Positions 54,182-63,690 of a DNA stretch of 64,000 nt are shown here, one piece after another. The notes below the pieces were generated by a model that searched no databases, had not been told where the DNA came from, and was given only the letters and a program-made list of their open reading frames with translations. The stretch is from an uncultured Gemmatimonadales bacterium (GTDB lineage Bacteria; Gemmatimonadota; Gemmatimonadetes; Gemmatimonadales; GWC2-71-9): NCBI GenBank assembly GCA_963757525.1, contig CAVWRM010000001.1:2631685-2695684 (forward strand). The letters are read 5' to 3'. Positions within the stretch are counted from its first letter, which is position 1. Each line of letters opens with the position of its first letter. The translations under genes and the position numbers were made by a program.

Positions 54182-54330
54182 GGCTGAAGGCTGAAGGCTA
54201 AAGGCTGAAGGCTGAAGGCTAAAGGCTCAAGGCTGAAGGCTGAAGGCTGAAGTCCGAGAGGACCCGCAATGGCTTCCAGCCTACTGCCTCGTCGGTTCAG
54301 CCTCAAGCCTTCGGCCTTCAGCCTTTAGCC
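54182..54330. repeat. Inverted arrays of GGCTRAA heptamers (10 units / spacer / 5 complementary units) between two minus-strand genes
   Basis: 54182-54251: ggctgaa x2, ggctaaa, ggctgaa x2, ggctaaa, ggctcaa, ggctgaa x3. 54296-54330: ttcagcc tcaagcc ttcggcc ttcagcc tttagcc. Same unit as at 11056-11121. Confidence 0.85.
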
Positions 54331-54336
54331 GCTGTC

Positions 54337-56034
54337 TTACCACTCCATGCGCTCCAGTCGCCGGCTGCTGAGCCGGAGCGGCACGATCGTGGCGCTGGCG
54401 CAGATCACGATCACGGCGAGTCCGGCAAGGACCAGGTCGGCCAGCGGCGGGGTGTCGACGCCCTCCTGCCAGGAGCGGAGCGAGGAGGCCACCGGGACCG
54501 CCTCGATCATGATGATCACCGCGAGCAGCGTCAGACTCGCCATCATGTAGACCACGCCGCCGTAGCTGGTCGGAATCTGGGCGGCATTCTCGGTGCCGAA
54601 CTGGGGATAGAACACGCCGAAGCTGACCGCCAGCGCGCTCACGGCGAGGGTGTAGAGCACGATGGTCCCGAGGCTCACCGCCATCATGAACGCGCTCACC
54701 TGGAGCAGGCTGTTGGTCAGCAGCGTGATCGCCAGCGCGAGCACCAGGAGCGGGACGGTCCCGATCCAGTACTTGCTCCAGAGCAGCGCGACCGGCTCGA
54801 GCGGACTCGAACGGAGCAGCCACATCTGCCGCCCTTCGAGGGATATTCCGGGAAAGACGAACCGCGCCGCCACCGCCGCGAGGACGAAGCCCGCCAGACC
54901 GAGGTTCAGGAACGAGATCATCGTGACCAGGGCGAACGGAAGCCGCTCGCCGGTGTGGATCGGCAGGCTCTTGATGTTGAACAGGTACACCATCAACAGC
55001 ACCGCCAGCAGGATGAGCTGGCTCCACTGGGTGTTGTCACGGAAGAACAGCCGGAGGTCCTTGAGGATCAGCTCCCGCTTGGCCGGGGGCAGCCAGCCGA
55101 GCGCGGCACTCACCGGTCCGCGTAGTGAGCGGACGATCTTCCGCTCCGATCCCTCCTGCGCCTTCGAGAATCCCGGATAGAAGAGCTGCCGGTGCACGGC
55201 GGCGCCGAACGCCAGGGCCCCCACCGCGGCGATCCATAGCATCGCGATGGGAATCGGATCGGCGATTTCCAACAGCCAGTTCATGATCATGGACGTGGCC
55301 CACTCGCTCGGCAGGTATGGGCTCGTGGGCGTGCGGAGCACGGCCAGGTAGTCCACGAAATTGCGGAATCCTTCGGGCCGGGCGAGGCGCTCGGGGCGGA
55401 TGAGCCGGAGGAGCAGCACGAGCAGGCCGACGCCGCCGATGGCGATGAGGCCCAGCAGCTCGCGGGTGCGCCGGGCGGGAAAGACATTGACCAGGGCGAC
55501 GGTCACGGCCGTGCCTCCCACTGCCGGAAGCGCGAGGAACGGCGCGAGTGCCGCGATGCAGACGAAGGGGAAGAGCGGCCCGCCGTGGTAGACGATCCCG
55601 TACGCCGTGAGGATCGGCACCGCCAGGAGGCCGAACATCCAGGAGGAGTGCAAGATCGTCTCGCCCAGCTTGGCCGCGTAGAACCGGATCCAGCCCACCG
55701 GCGCCGCCACCAGGAAATCGAGGTCCTTCGCCAGGAAGAAGGTGGAGAGGGCGGTGATGATGTTGCTGAGGATCAGGATGGAGAGGAACGCGAGGAGAAT
55801 GATGCCGAGCACCTTGGCCGCGAGCAGGTCCCCGATGTCCTCGACCTGACGGACGTAGCTCAGGAAGCGGTAGAAAACCCCGAAGACCGCGCTCCAGAAC
55901 GACACGCCGATCACGGCGAGGAGCAGGAACTTGGTGCGGGAGCCTGTCCGCTCCTGTCGAAGGCCGACGAGAAGCCCGCGCCATTTGGGGGTGAGGATGG
56001 TCCAGAGGGCGGGGCGTGGCCGCGGCGCGGTCAC
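54337..56034 (-). CDS. Large polytopic ABC-exporter permease
   Basis: About 566 aa with many TM segments. GTG 56034 lies 4 nt after the ATPase stop. The N-terminal part of the track ORF is rejected. Confidence 0.7.
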   Translation of the reverse strand: MTAPRPRPALWTILTPKWRGLLVGLRQERTGSRTKFLLLAVIGVSFWSAVFGVFYRFLSYVRQVEDIGDLLAAKVLGIILLAFLSILILSNIITALSTFFLAKDLDFLVAAPVGWIRFYAAKLGETILHSSWMFGLLAVPILTAYGIVYHGGPLFPFVCIAALAPFLALPAVGGTAVTVALVNVFPARRTRELLGLIAIGGVGLLVLLLRLIRPERLARPEGFRNFVDYLAVLRTPTSPYLPSEWATSMIMNWLLEIADPIPIAMLWIAAVGALAFGAAVHRQLFYPGFSKAQEGSERKIVRSLRGPVSAALGWLPPAKRELILKDLRLFFRDNTQWSQLILLAVLLMVYLFNIKSLPIHTGERLPFALVTMISFLNLGLAGFVLAAVAARFVFPGISLEGRQMWLLRSSPLEPVALLWSKYWIGTVPLLVLALAITLLTNSLLQVSAFMMAVSLGTIVLYTLAVSALAVSFGVFYPQFGTENAAQIPTSYGGVVYMMASLTLLAVIIMIEAVPVASSLRSWQEGVDTPPLADLVLAGLAVIVICASATIVPLRLSSRRLERMEW

Positions 56035-56038
56035 CGGA

Positions 56039-56797
56039 TCACGCACCGAGCACGGTATCCAGTTGATGGTCGGTGAGGCCGCCGGTGAGCCGGAGGAAGA
56101 GGTCTTCGAGTGTCGCGTCGCCCGACGCGGTCTGGCGCCGCAAGTCGTCCATGGTGCCGTGGGCTGCGATCTTGCCATGGTAGACGATGGCGATCCGGTC
56201 GCACATCACCTCGGCGACCTCCATCGTGTGCGTGCTCATGAGCACCGTGCCGCCCCGGTCCACGAACTGCCGGAACAGGTCCTTGAGCAGGCGGGCGCTC
56301 TTGGGGTCGAGCCCGACCATCGGCTCGTCCACCACGATCACCTCCGGCCGGTGCACCAGCGCGCCCGAGATGATGAGCTTCTGCCGCATGCCGTGGCTGT
56401 ATGATTCGGTGAGCTCGTTCTTCCACGGGGTGAGCTCGAACAGCTCCAGCAATTCGTCGATGCGGCGCTCCACCACGGTCCCCTCGTGTCCATACAGCGC
56501 CGCGGCGAACCGGAGAAACTCGCCGCCGGTGAGTTTGTCGTACACGAACGGACGGTCGGGGATGTAGCCGAGGCGGGCCTTGGCTTCGCGAGGCCGGGCC
56601 TGGATGTCCACGCCCCCGACGCGTACCGCTCCGCTCGTCGGCCGGAGGATGCCGGCGATCATCCGGATCGTGGTCGTCTTGCCGGCGCCGTTGGGTCCCA
56701 GCAGGCCGAAGAGCTCGCCCCGCGGCACATGCAGGTCGATGCCGTCCACGGCGGTGAACTTCCCGTACCGCTTGGTGAGCGCTTGCAAGCGGATCAC
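56039..56797 (-). CDS. ABC transporter ATP-binding protein
   Basis: Walker A GPNGAGKTT, signature YSHGMRQKL, Walker B VIVVDEP. Confidence 0.92.
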   Translation of the reverse strand: MIRLQALTKRYGKFTAVDGIDLHVPRGELFGLLGPNGAGKTTTIRMIAGILRPTSGAVRVGGVDIQARPREAKARLGYIPDRPFVYDKLTGGEFLRFAAALYGHEGTVVERRIDELLELFELTPWKNELTESYSHGMRQKLIISGALVHRPEVIVVDEPMVGLDPKSARLLKDLFRQFVDRGGTVLMSTHTMEVAEVMCDRIAIVYHGKIAAHGTMDDLRRQTASGDATLEDLFLRLTGGLTDHQLDTVLGA

Positions 56798-57306
56798 GTC
56801 ATCCCCCGCACGATGGCCTCCACGGCGGCCAGTTCGGCCTCGCTGATCACGACGATGTGCAGGCGGCCTTCGCCGCCTTTCGGATAGGTCTCCGCGAGCA
56901 ACGTCGCGGACTCCTGCAGGGTGAGCTGGCCGGTGGCGACGCCGACCGGGGGGGTGGCAATGCTGGACAGCCCCCAGTCCCCGGCCCGTTGCCAGGCGGA
57001 CACGAGGGCCTTTCGCAGCAATTCCCGTCCCACTTTCCGCGCCGGATCGGAAACCACGATATGGAGCACCAATGGGACGGCCAGGTCCCCCCCGCCAGTG
57101 ACAACCGCTGCACCGGCCTCGAGCGGTGTGGTGTTTCGGCGCAACAGCGCGAACGCGTCACCTCCCGCCTGGTCCAGGAGAATGGCGGTGGGATCGGCCG
57201 GGCCGAGATGGGCGTCGGCCTGGCGTATGACGGCGTCGGCGGGGTAAGTGATCAGGTCTCCCACCACCACGGTGATCCCGGTGGGGCCTATCTCTGGGAT
57301 TGGCAT
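56794..57306 (-). CDS. Macro-domain-like protein (divergent)
   Basis: [35 protein letters not shown] and [12 protein letters not shown] parallel macro-domain blocks (YmdB-like), but the GGGVDGAIH loop is not conserved. 4-nt overlap with the ABC ATPase gene. Confidence 0.5.
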   Translation of the reverse strand: MPIPEIGPTGITVVVGDLITYPADAVIRQADAHLGPADPTAILLDQAGGDAFALLRRNTTPLEAGAAVVTGGGDLAVPLVLHIVVSDPARKVGRELLRKALVSAWQRAGDWGLSSIATPPVGVATGQLTLQESATLLAETYPKGGEGRLHIVVISEAELAAVEAIVRGMT

Positions 57307-57443
57307 CCTCCGCCTTGCGCCAGTGGACCGCGGCGAGTGTCGAGGTTCAGAACGGACCGGGAAAGTCAGAGTATGGTAGAGGCCGATCGGCGAAACAGGA
57401 ACCCGTTGACCCTCGGCCCGGCCTTCGGGTAGCTTTCGGGGCT

Positions 57444-60338
57444 ATGGCTCAAGAATATCTCGTGGTCCGGGGCGCACGGGAGCACAATCTCAAGGGCATC
57501 TCGGTCGCGATCCCGCGCAATCGGCTCACCGTGATCACGGGCCTCTCCGGATCGGGCAAGTCGTCGCTGGCGTTCGATACGATCTACGCCGAGGGTCAGC
57601 GGCGCTACGTGGAGTCCCTCTCGGCGTACGCACGGCAGTTCCTCGGACTCATGGAGAAGCCCGACGTCGACGCCATCGAGGGCCTGTCGCCCGCGATCTC
57701 CATCGAGCAGAAGACCACCGGCCAGAACCCCCGGTCTACCGTCGGCACCGTCACCGAGATCTACGACTACCTGCGGCTCCTCTGGGCCCGCGCGGGCGTG
57801 CCGCATTGCCCCAACGACGGCACCCCGGTGACGCGGCAGAGCGCGTCGCAGATCACCGACACCGTGCTCTCCTGGCCGGCGGAGACGAGGATCGAAGTGC
57901 TCGCGCCGATCGTCCGCGGCCGGAAGGGCGAATTCCGCGATCTGCTCGACGACGTGCGCAAGCGAGGCTTCGTGCGCGTCCGTATCGACGGCGAGACCTA
58001 CGATCTCGGGGCGGTGCCCGCCCTCAACCGGCGGCAGAACCACGACGTGTCGGTGGTGGTGGACCGCCTGGTGGTGCGCGCCGGAGACCGGTCGCGTCTC
58101 AACGACTCCATCGAGACTGCCCTCAAGACGGCCGACGGGATCGTGGAGGTGGTGAGGTACGACCAGACGGTGCCTGTCCATCGTTCCGTCCTTTTCTCCG
58201 AGCGGTTCGCCTGCCCGGTGTGCGGTCTCAGCCTCCCCGAGCTCGAGCCGCGCCAGTTCTCGTTCAACTCCCCGTTCGGCGCCTGTCCCGATTGTCACGG
58301 CGTCGGCACCCGCCGCGAGGTCAACGCCGACCTGGTGCTCGGCGATCCCAGCATCTCGATCCTCGAAGGTGTGATTCTCCCGTGGGGTGAGCCGAGCGGC
58401 TACCTCCGGAAGATCGTCCTCCCGACGCTCGCCAAGGCATTCAAGTTCGATCTCCTGGCGCCCTGGGGCGCGCACTCCGCGAGCGCCCGCCAGGCGCTGC
58501 TGTACGGCGCGCCCGGAAAGTTTCGCTTCCAGACCGAGGGGGGACGGGGCCGCGGCGAGTACGAGAGCGAGTGGGAAGGCGTCCTGCGGAACGTCGAGCG
58601 CCGGTACCGCGAATCGACCAGCGATGCAGTCCGCGCGTCGCTGGAGGAGTTCATGGTGGAACAGCCGTGCCAGACCTGCGGGGGCCGCCGGCTTCGCCCG
58701 GAGAGCCTCGCGGTCACGGTGGGCGGGCGGAGCATCGGCGACGTGGTGGACCTGCCGGTGGAGCGCGCGATGGAGTTTTTCGCGGGTCTCCCGCTTCGTG
58801 GACCGGGCCACGGCTCAGGGCTCGATCCCGACATCGCGGGCCCCATTCTCAAGGAAGTGGTGGACCGCCTGCGGTTCCTCCGCGACGTGGGGCTCGACTA
58901 TCTCACGCTCGGCCGCGCGGCCAACTCACTCTCCGGTGGCGAGACGCAGCGGATCCGGCTGGCGACCCAGATCGGGTCCCGGCTCGTGGGCGTGTTGTAC
59001 ATCCTCGACGAGCCGAGCATCGGGCTGCACCAGCGCGACAACGAGCGCCTGCTGGCCACGCTGCGCGGGCTGCGCGATCTCGGCAACACCGTGATCGTGG
59101 TCGAGCACGACGCCGACACGATTCGAGCGGCCGACCACGTGATCGACCTGGGCCCGCGCGCCGGCCGCTTCGGCGGCGAGGTGGTGGCGGAGGGCACCGT
59201 CGAGGACATCGTGCGCCATCCCGACTCGCTGACCGGGCGCTACCTCCGGGGCGAGCTCCGGGTGCCTGTCCCAGGCGGCCGGAGGCAGTCGGCCCCGGAC
59301 CACCGGCTCACGATCGTAGGCGCGCGCGCCAACAATCTGCGGAACCTGACGGTCGGGATTCCGCTCGGCGTGTTCGTGACGGTGACGGGCGTCTCGGGCT
59401 CGGGCAAGTCGACCCTGGTGACGGACATCCTGTACCAGGCGCTGGCGCGCCACTTTTACCGGGCCAAGGTGGTGCCCGGCGCGCACGCGAGGATCGAGGG
59501 CCTCGACCGGATCGACAAGGTCATCGACATCGACCAGAGCCCGATCGGCCGCACCCCCCGGTCCAACCCCGCCACCTACACGGGGCTCTTCACGCCGATC
59601 CGCGAGCTGTTCACCCAGCTCCCCGACGCCAAGATGCGCGGCTACGGTCCGGGACGATTCTCGTTCAACGTGAAGGGCGGGCGCTGCGAAGCCTGCCAGG
59701 GCGACGGGCTCGTCAAGATCGAGATGCACTTTCTGCCGGACGTCTACGTCCCGTGCGAGGTGTGCAAGGGGCGGCGGTACAACCGCGAGACGCTGGAGGT
59801 ACGGTACAAGGGCCGGAGCATCGCCGACGTGCTCGATCTGACGGTGGCCGACGCGCTCGAGTTCTTCGCCAATCAGCGGCGCATCGCGGAGAAGCTGGAG
59901 CTGTTGAACGACGTCGGCCTGGGCTACATCCACCTCGGCCAGGCGGCCACGACGCTCTCGGGCGGGGAGGCGCAGCGGGTGAAGCTCGCCACCGAGCTGG
60001 CCAAGCGCGACACCGGCCGGACCCTGTATATCCTCGACGAGCCGACCACGGGACTCCACTTCGAGGACGTGCGGCTCCTGCTCGAGGTGCTGCACCGGCT
60101 CGTGGACAAGGGCAACACCGTCGTGGTGATCGAGCATAACCTCGACGTCATCAAGACCGCGGACTGGATCGTGGACCTTGGGCCGGACGGTGGGGAGCGA
60201 GGTGGGACGGTGGTCGTCGCGGGGACCCCGGAGGACGTGGCGTGCGCGCCCGAGAGCTATACGGGCGAGTTTCTTCGGCGGGTGCTGGACGGGCGGGCGG
60301 GCGGGCAAGCGGGCAGACGGGCCGTGGCCTCGGCTTGA
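57444..60338 (+). CDS. uvrA: Excinuclease ABC subunit A
   Basis: [23 protein letters not shown], zinc modules (CPVCG..CPDCHG; [14 protein letters not shown]), [18 protein letters not shown] x2. Start trimmed to ATG 57444. Confidence 0.97.
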   Translation: MAQEYLVVRGAREHNLKGISVAIPRNRLTVITGLSGSGKSSLAFDTIYAEGQRRYVESLSAYARQFLGLMEKPDVDAIEGLSPAISIEQKTTGQNPRSTVGTVTEIYDYLRLLWARAGVPHCPNDGTPVTRQSASQITDTVLSWPAETRIEVLAPIVRGRKGEFRDLLDDVRKRGFVRVRIDGETYDLGAVPALNRRQNHDVSVVVDRLVVRAGDRSRLNDSIETALKTADGIVEVVRYDQTVPVHRSVLFSERFACPVCGLSLPELEPRQFSFNSPFGACPDCHGVGTRREVNADLVLGDPSISILEGVILPWGEPSGYLRKIVLPTLAKAFKFDLLAPWGAHSASARQALLYGAPGKFRFQTEGGRGRGEYESEWEGVLRNVERRYRESTSDAVRASLEEFMVEQPCQTCGGRRLRPESLAVTVGGRSIGDVVDLPVERAMEFFAGLPLRGPGHGSGLDPDIAGPILKEVVDRLRFLRDVGLDYLTLGRAANSLSGGETQRIRLATQIGSRLVGVLYILDEPSIGLHQRDNERLLATLRGLRDLGNTVIVVEHDADTIRAADHVIDLGPRAGRFGGEVVAEGTVEDIVRHPDSLTGRYLRGELRVPVPGGRRQSAPDHRLTIVGARANNLRNLTVGIPLGVFVTVTGVSGSGKSTLVTDILYQALARHFYRAKVVPGAHARIEGLDRIDKVIDIDQSPIGRTPRSNPATYTGLFTPIRELFTQLPDAKMRGYGPGRFSFNVKGGRCEACQGDGLVKIEMHFLPDVYVPCEVCKGRRYNRETLEVRYKGRSIADVLDLTVADALEFFANQRRIAEKLELLNDVGLGYIHLGQAATTLSGGEAQRVKLATELAKRDTGRTLYILDEPTTGLHFEDVRLLLEVLHRLVDKGNTVVVIEHNLDVIKTADWIVDLGPDGGERGGTVVVAGTPEDVACAPESYTGEFLRRVLDGRAGGQAGRRAVASA

Positions 60339-60404
60339 GCCGGGAGCGACACCTACAGAACGTCTGCTGCCGCCCGTCCGTCCGCCCGTCCGCCCGTCCG
60401 TCCG
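60288..60404. repeat. Inverted G/C tetramer-repeat arms ((GGGC)n-like vs (GYCC)n) between convergent genes
   Basis: Left arm gacgggcgggcgggcgggcaagcgggcagacgggc (60288-60322, inside the uvrA 3' end). Right arm gccgcccgtccgtccgcccgtccgcccgtccgtccgc (60368-60404, abutting the cupredoxin stop codon). Arms are partially complementary. Confidence 0.65.
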
Positions 60405-60938
60405 CTATCCGCCGGTCGGCCCGAAGCTCGCGCTCTTCGCCTGGGGATCCACTTTCATCCAGATCCACATCCCCGACAGCCCGTGCCCCGGCACGCCGCA
60501 GAAGATGCGGTACTTGCCGCTGTCCGGCGCCGTGAACCTGATCACGTCGGTTGCTTCCTGGGGCAACCCCTCCTGCACCTTGTTGGTATAGGCCTTCGGA
60601 ATCGCCGGATCGGTGGCCGAATTGGGCAGGGGGCCGTCACCGGAGATCACTTCGGCACTATGGGGCGTCCCGTCCTTGTTCACGAAGTTGATCACCACGT
60701 TGGCCTTGCCCGGCACGGTAAAGGTGGCGGAGCCGTTGCTCGCGTCGTTGAACTTGAAGGGGCCGGCGATGAGCTCGAAGGTCGCGGTGTTGGTCTTGGG
60801 ATCCCACTTCACGTATTGGTCCGACCCCGAGCCGGGCGTGGGCGCGGAAGCCTGGGCGCCGGCTGCGCGTCCGGCGCCGATCATGAGGAGCAGCGCGACG
60901 GTCGAAGCGACCGTCCGGCGGGGGTATGGCAGCGTCAT
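60405..60938 (-). CDS. Type-1 copper (cupredoxin, sulfocyanin/plastocyanin-like) protein
   Basis: Signal peptide. Copper ligand pattern ..GTPHSAEV.. and FCGVPGHGLSGMW (C-x2-P-G-H-x3-G-M). Confidence 0.85.
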   Translation of the reverse strand: MTLPYPRRTVASTVALLLMIGAGRAAGAQASAPTPGSGSDQYVKWDPKTNTATFELIAGPFKFNDASNGSATFTVPGKANVVINFVNKDGTPHSAEVISGDGPLPNSATDPAIPKAYTNKVQEGLPQEATDVIRFTAPDSGKYRIFCGVPGHGLSGMWIWMKVDPQAKSASFGPTGG

Positions 60939-61007
60939 GGTGGGTGTCCTGAAACTCGGGGAGCCCTCAGGCCGAAGTGTGCGCGGGTGACTTCGTGCGC
61001 GTCGGCC

Positions 61008-61031
61008 GGATATTATCCGAAGGGATATCCC
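61008..61031. promoter_or_regulatory. Two adjacent perfect palindromes (GGATATTATCC, GGGATATCCC) in a divergent intergenic region
   Basis: GGATA-T-TATCC at 61008-61018 and GGGATATCCC at 61022-61031. They lie between the cupredoxin start (60938, -) and the peptidase start (61073, +). Confidence 0.35.
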
Positions 61032-61072
61032 CGGACGTCTCGTCCCGCAACTAAACTCAATCAGGACCTCTC

Positions 61073-63361
61073 GTGACTCGCCCCTTTTCCGTCCTTTGCG
61101 TCCTCTCCGTCCTTTCCGCCTCCCTCCTTTCAGCCCAGCAACCGGACTCCACGCGCCTCAGCCTCAGCCGGATCTATGGATCCGGCGAGTTCGCCGCGCA
61201 GCCGTTCGGCCCGTCACGCTGGCTCGACACGGGTGAGGCGTACACCACCCTGGAGCCCAACGCGGAGGAAACCGGGACGGACCTGGTGCGCTACGATGTG
61301 GAGAAGGGAACCCGCGAGGTCATGGTGACCTCCGCCCAGCTCGTCCCCAAGGACGACTCGGTGCCGCTCGAGGTCGAGGACTACGCCTGGTCGCCCGACG
61401 GGAAGATGCTCCTCATCTTCACCAACACGCAGCCGGTGTGGCGGCTCAACACGCGGGGCGATTACTGGGTGCTCGACCGCACCGCCGGCAGCCTGCGCAA
61501 GCTCGGAGGCCCGGAGGCCAAGCCCTCGACCCTCATGTTCGCCAAGTTCGCCCCCGACGGCCGCCGCGTCGGCTACGTCCGTGAGAACGACCTCTACGTC
61601 GAAAACCTGGATACCGGCACCATCACCGCGCTCACCAGTGACGGCTCCCGCACGCTGATCAACGGCACGTTCGACTGGGTATACGAAGAGGAGCTGATGA
61701 ACTATTACGCCGACGGCTGGCGCTGGAGCCCGGACGGGAACCACATCGCCTTCTGGCAGCTCAACGCCGACTCGGTGAAGAACTTCGACCTCATCAACAA
61801 CACCGATTCGCTGTATTCCCGTGTCATCGCCGTGCAGTACCCCAAGGTGGGCCAGGCCAACTCGGCGGCCCGGATCGGGATCGTCCCGTCGGCCGGCGGG
61901 CCTACCCGCTGGCTCGAGGTCGCGGGCGACCCACGGAATCACTACATCCCGCGCATGGAATGGGCGGCCAACTCCGACGAGGTCTACCTCCAGCGACTCA
62001 ACCGGCTGCAGAATACCGACGAAGTGATGCTCGGCGAGGTCCGCACGGGATCGGTTCGCACCATCCTCACGGAGCGCGACAGCACCTGGGTAGAAGTGGT
62101 CAACGACGTGGTCTGGCTCGACGGGGGAAAGCGCTTCACCTGGGTGAGCGAGCGTGACGGGTGGAACCACGTGTACGTGGTGTCGCGTGACGGGAAGTCG
62201 GTGAAGCTCGTGACCGATGCGCCGTTCGACGTGCTCGAGGTCGAAGGCGTGGATACCAAAGGCGGGTGGCTCTACTACATCGCGTCGCCCGACAATCCTA
62301 CGCAGCGCTACCTCTACCGCAGCCGGCTCGACGGCAAGGGAAAGCCGGAGCGGTTGTCGCCGGCGACGGAGCCGGGTACGCACACCTACGACCGGTCTCC
62401 CAATTTCAAGTACGCGATCGAGACCTACTCCCGGCTGGGCGTGCCGCCGGTGATCCGGCTCGTGGGCCTGCCGAAGAACGGCCTGATCCGGACGCTGGTG
62501 GACAACGCGCCGCTCAAGGCGAAGGTGGCGGGGCTCCGCCGCGGCTCGGTGGAATGGCTCTCGGTGCCGGCAGAGAACGGCGCGAAGATGCCCGGTGTGC
62601 TGCTGAAGCCGGCCGGCTTCGACTCGACGCGGAAATACCCGCTGCTGTTCTTCGTGTACGGCGGCCCCGGAAATACCGAGGTGAAGGATGCCTGGGGCGG
62701 CTACTACCTCTGGCACTCGATGCTCACCCAGAAGGGCTACCTGGTAGCGGTGGTCGACAACCGGGGCACCCCGGCCCCGCTGGGACGCGCCTGGCGCAAG
62801 GCGATCTACGGACAGCTCGGCGTGCTCGAGACCCGGGACCAGGCGGCGGCCGCCCGCTACCTGCGGAGCCGGCCCTACGTCGATCCCGAGCGGGTGGGCA
62901 TCTGGGGCTGGAGCTACGGCGGGTTCATGAGCCTCAACGTGCTCTTCCAGCATCCCGACCTCTATCGCACGGCCGTGGCCGTCTCGCCGGTGACCAACTG
63001 GAAGCTCTACGACAACGTCTATACCGAGCGGTTCAACGGCCTGATCACCGACAATGCCGCAGGTTATGAGCGGGGATCGCCCATCACCTACGTGAACGGC
63101 CTCCGGGGCAACCTCCTGCTGGTCCACGGCGGGGGCGACGATAACGTCCACTTCCAGAACAGCGAGATCCTCATCAACGCGCTGGTGGCCGCCAACAAGC
63201 CGTTCACCATGATGGAGTACCCCAACCGCACCCATTGCATCTGCCAGGGAAAGAACACCACCCCCCATCTGTTTTCGCTCATCACGAGGTTCCTGGACCA
63301 GAATCTGATGAGCCCTTCCGACTCCACCTCCGGGGTAGCGCGGGCCTCCACCGGTCCGTAG
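61073..63361 (+). CDS. Dipeptidyl-peptidase IV family serine peptidase (S9B)
   Basis: Signal peptide. DPP-IV N-terminal propeller (WSPDG repeats). Catalytic GWSYGGFMS, plus a later D and H (GGGDDNVH). Confidence 0.92.
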   Translation: MTRPFSVLCVLSVLSASLLSAQQPDSTRLSLSRIYGSGEFAAQPFGPSRWLDTGEAYTTLEPNAEETGTDLVRYDVEKGTREVMVTSAQLVPKDDSVPLEVEDYAWSPDGKMLLIFTNTQPVWRLNTRGDYWVLDRTAGSLRKLGGPEAKPSTLMFAKFAPDGRRVGYVRENDLYVENLDTGTITALTSDGSRTLINGTFDWVYEEELMNYYADGWRWSPDGNHIAFWQLNADSVKNFDLINNTDSLYSRVIAVQYPKVGQANSAARIGIVPSAGGPTRWLEVAGDPRNHYIPRMEWAANSDEVYLQRLNRLQNTDEVMLGEVRTGSVRTILTERDSTWVEVVNDVVWLDGGKRFTWVSERDGWNHVYVVSRDGKSVKLVTDAPFDVLEVEGVDTKGGWLYYIASPDNPTQRYLYRSRLDGKGKPERLSPATEPGTHTYDRSPNFKYAIETYSRLGVPPVIRLVGLPKNGLIRTLVDNAPLKAKVAGLRRGSVEWLSVPAENGAKMPGVLLKPAGFDSTRKYPLLFFVYGGPGNTEVKDAWGGYYLWHSMLTQKGYLVAVVDNRGTPAPLGRAWRKAIYGQLGVLETRDQAAAARYLRSRPYVDPERVGIWGWSYGGFMSLNVLFQHPDLYRTAVAVSPVTNWKLYDNVYTERFNGLITDNAAGYERGSPITYVNGLRGNLLLVHGGGDDNVHFQNSEILINALVAANKPFTMMEYPNRTHCICQGKNTTPHLFSLITRFLDQNLMSPSDSTSGVARASTGP

Positions 63362-63386
63362 CGGCGGCCGGGAGGGCGGCCTACAT

Positions 63387-63412
63387 TAGGACCTCCCCCT
63401 CGGGAGGTCCTA
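63387..63412 (+). promoter_or_regulatory. Perfect 11-bp hairpin that includes the Shine-Dalgarno and the first base of the start codon of the next ORF (also a possible terminator of the peptidase gene)
   Basis: TAGGACCTCCC-CCTC-GGGAGGTCCTA. The right arm contains GGGAGG and ends at the A of ATG 63412. Confidence 0.6.
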
Positions 63413-63627
63413 TGACGTACGAAGATATCGTCTCCCTGCTGGGCTACGCTGGCGGGCACGAGCAGCCGGTGCGCATCACCACCACCGATCGGACCGAGGT
63501 TGTCGGCATCCCCACCAGCGTGGACACCCACGTCACCGCCCATGAGGTCTACCTCCGCCCGACCGGGGGCGACGAAACCGAGATCGCCGTCTCTCTGGCC
63601 GCCATTCAGGCAGTCGAGCTGGTCTAG
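63412..63627 (+). CDS. Small hypothetical protein (71 aa)
   Basis: Internal ATG of the 130-aa track ORF, with GGGAGG 6 nt upstream. MTYEDIVSLLGYAGGHEQPVRITTTDRTEVVGIP... Good codon bias. Confidence 0.55.
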   Translation: MTYEDIVSLLGYAGGHEQPVRITTTDRTEVVGIPTSVDTHVTAHEVYLRPTGGDETEIAVSLAAIQAVELV

Positions 63628-63690
63628 GTGTTCCGCCCTGAAACATTCTTCGGCATATGGACGTAGGAGGGGGACCTCGGGAGGGCAAGC

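Noticed and set aside
54182-54251. A tandem repeat array, considered as a possible CRISPR array.
   Set aside because: The period is 7 nt with no spacers. The inverted partner array forms a hairpin. No cas genes are in the window.
57345-57353. GTTCAGAAC palindrome about 90 nt upstream of uvrA, considered as a possible SOS (LexA) box.
   Set aside because: It does not match the spacing of any LexA consensus I know (CTGT-N8-ACAG, GAAC-N4-GTTC, GTTC-N7-GTTC), and it is too short to be meaningful on its own.
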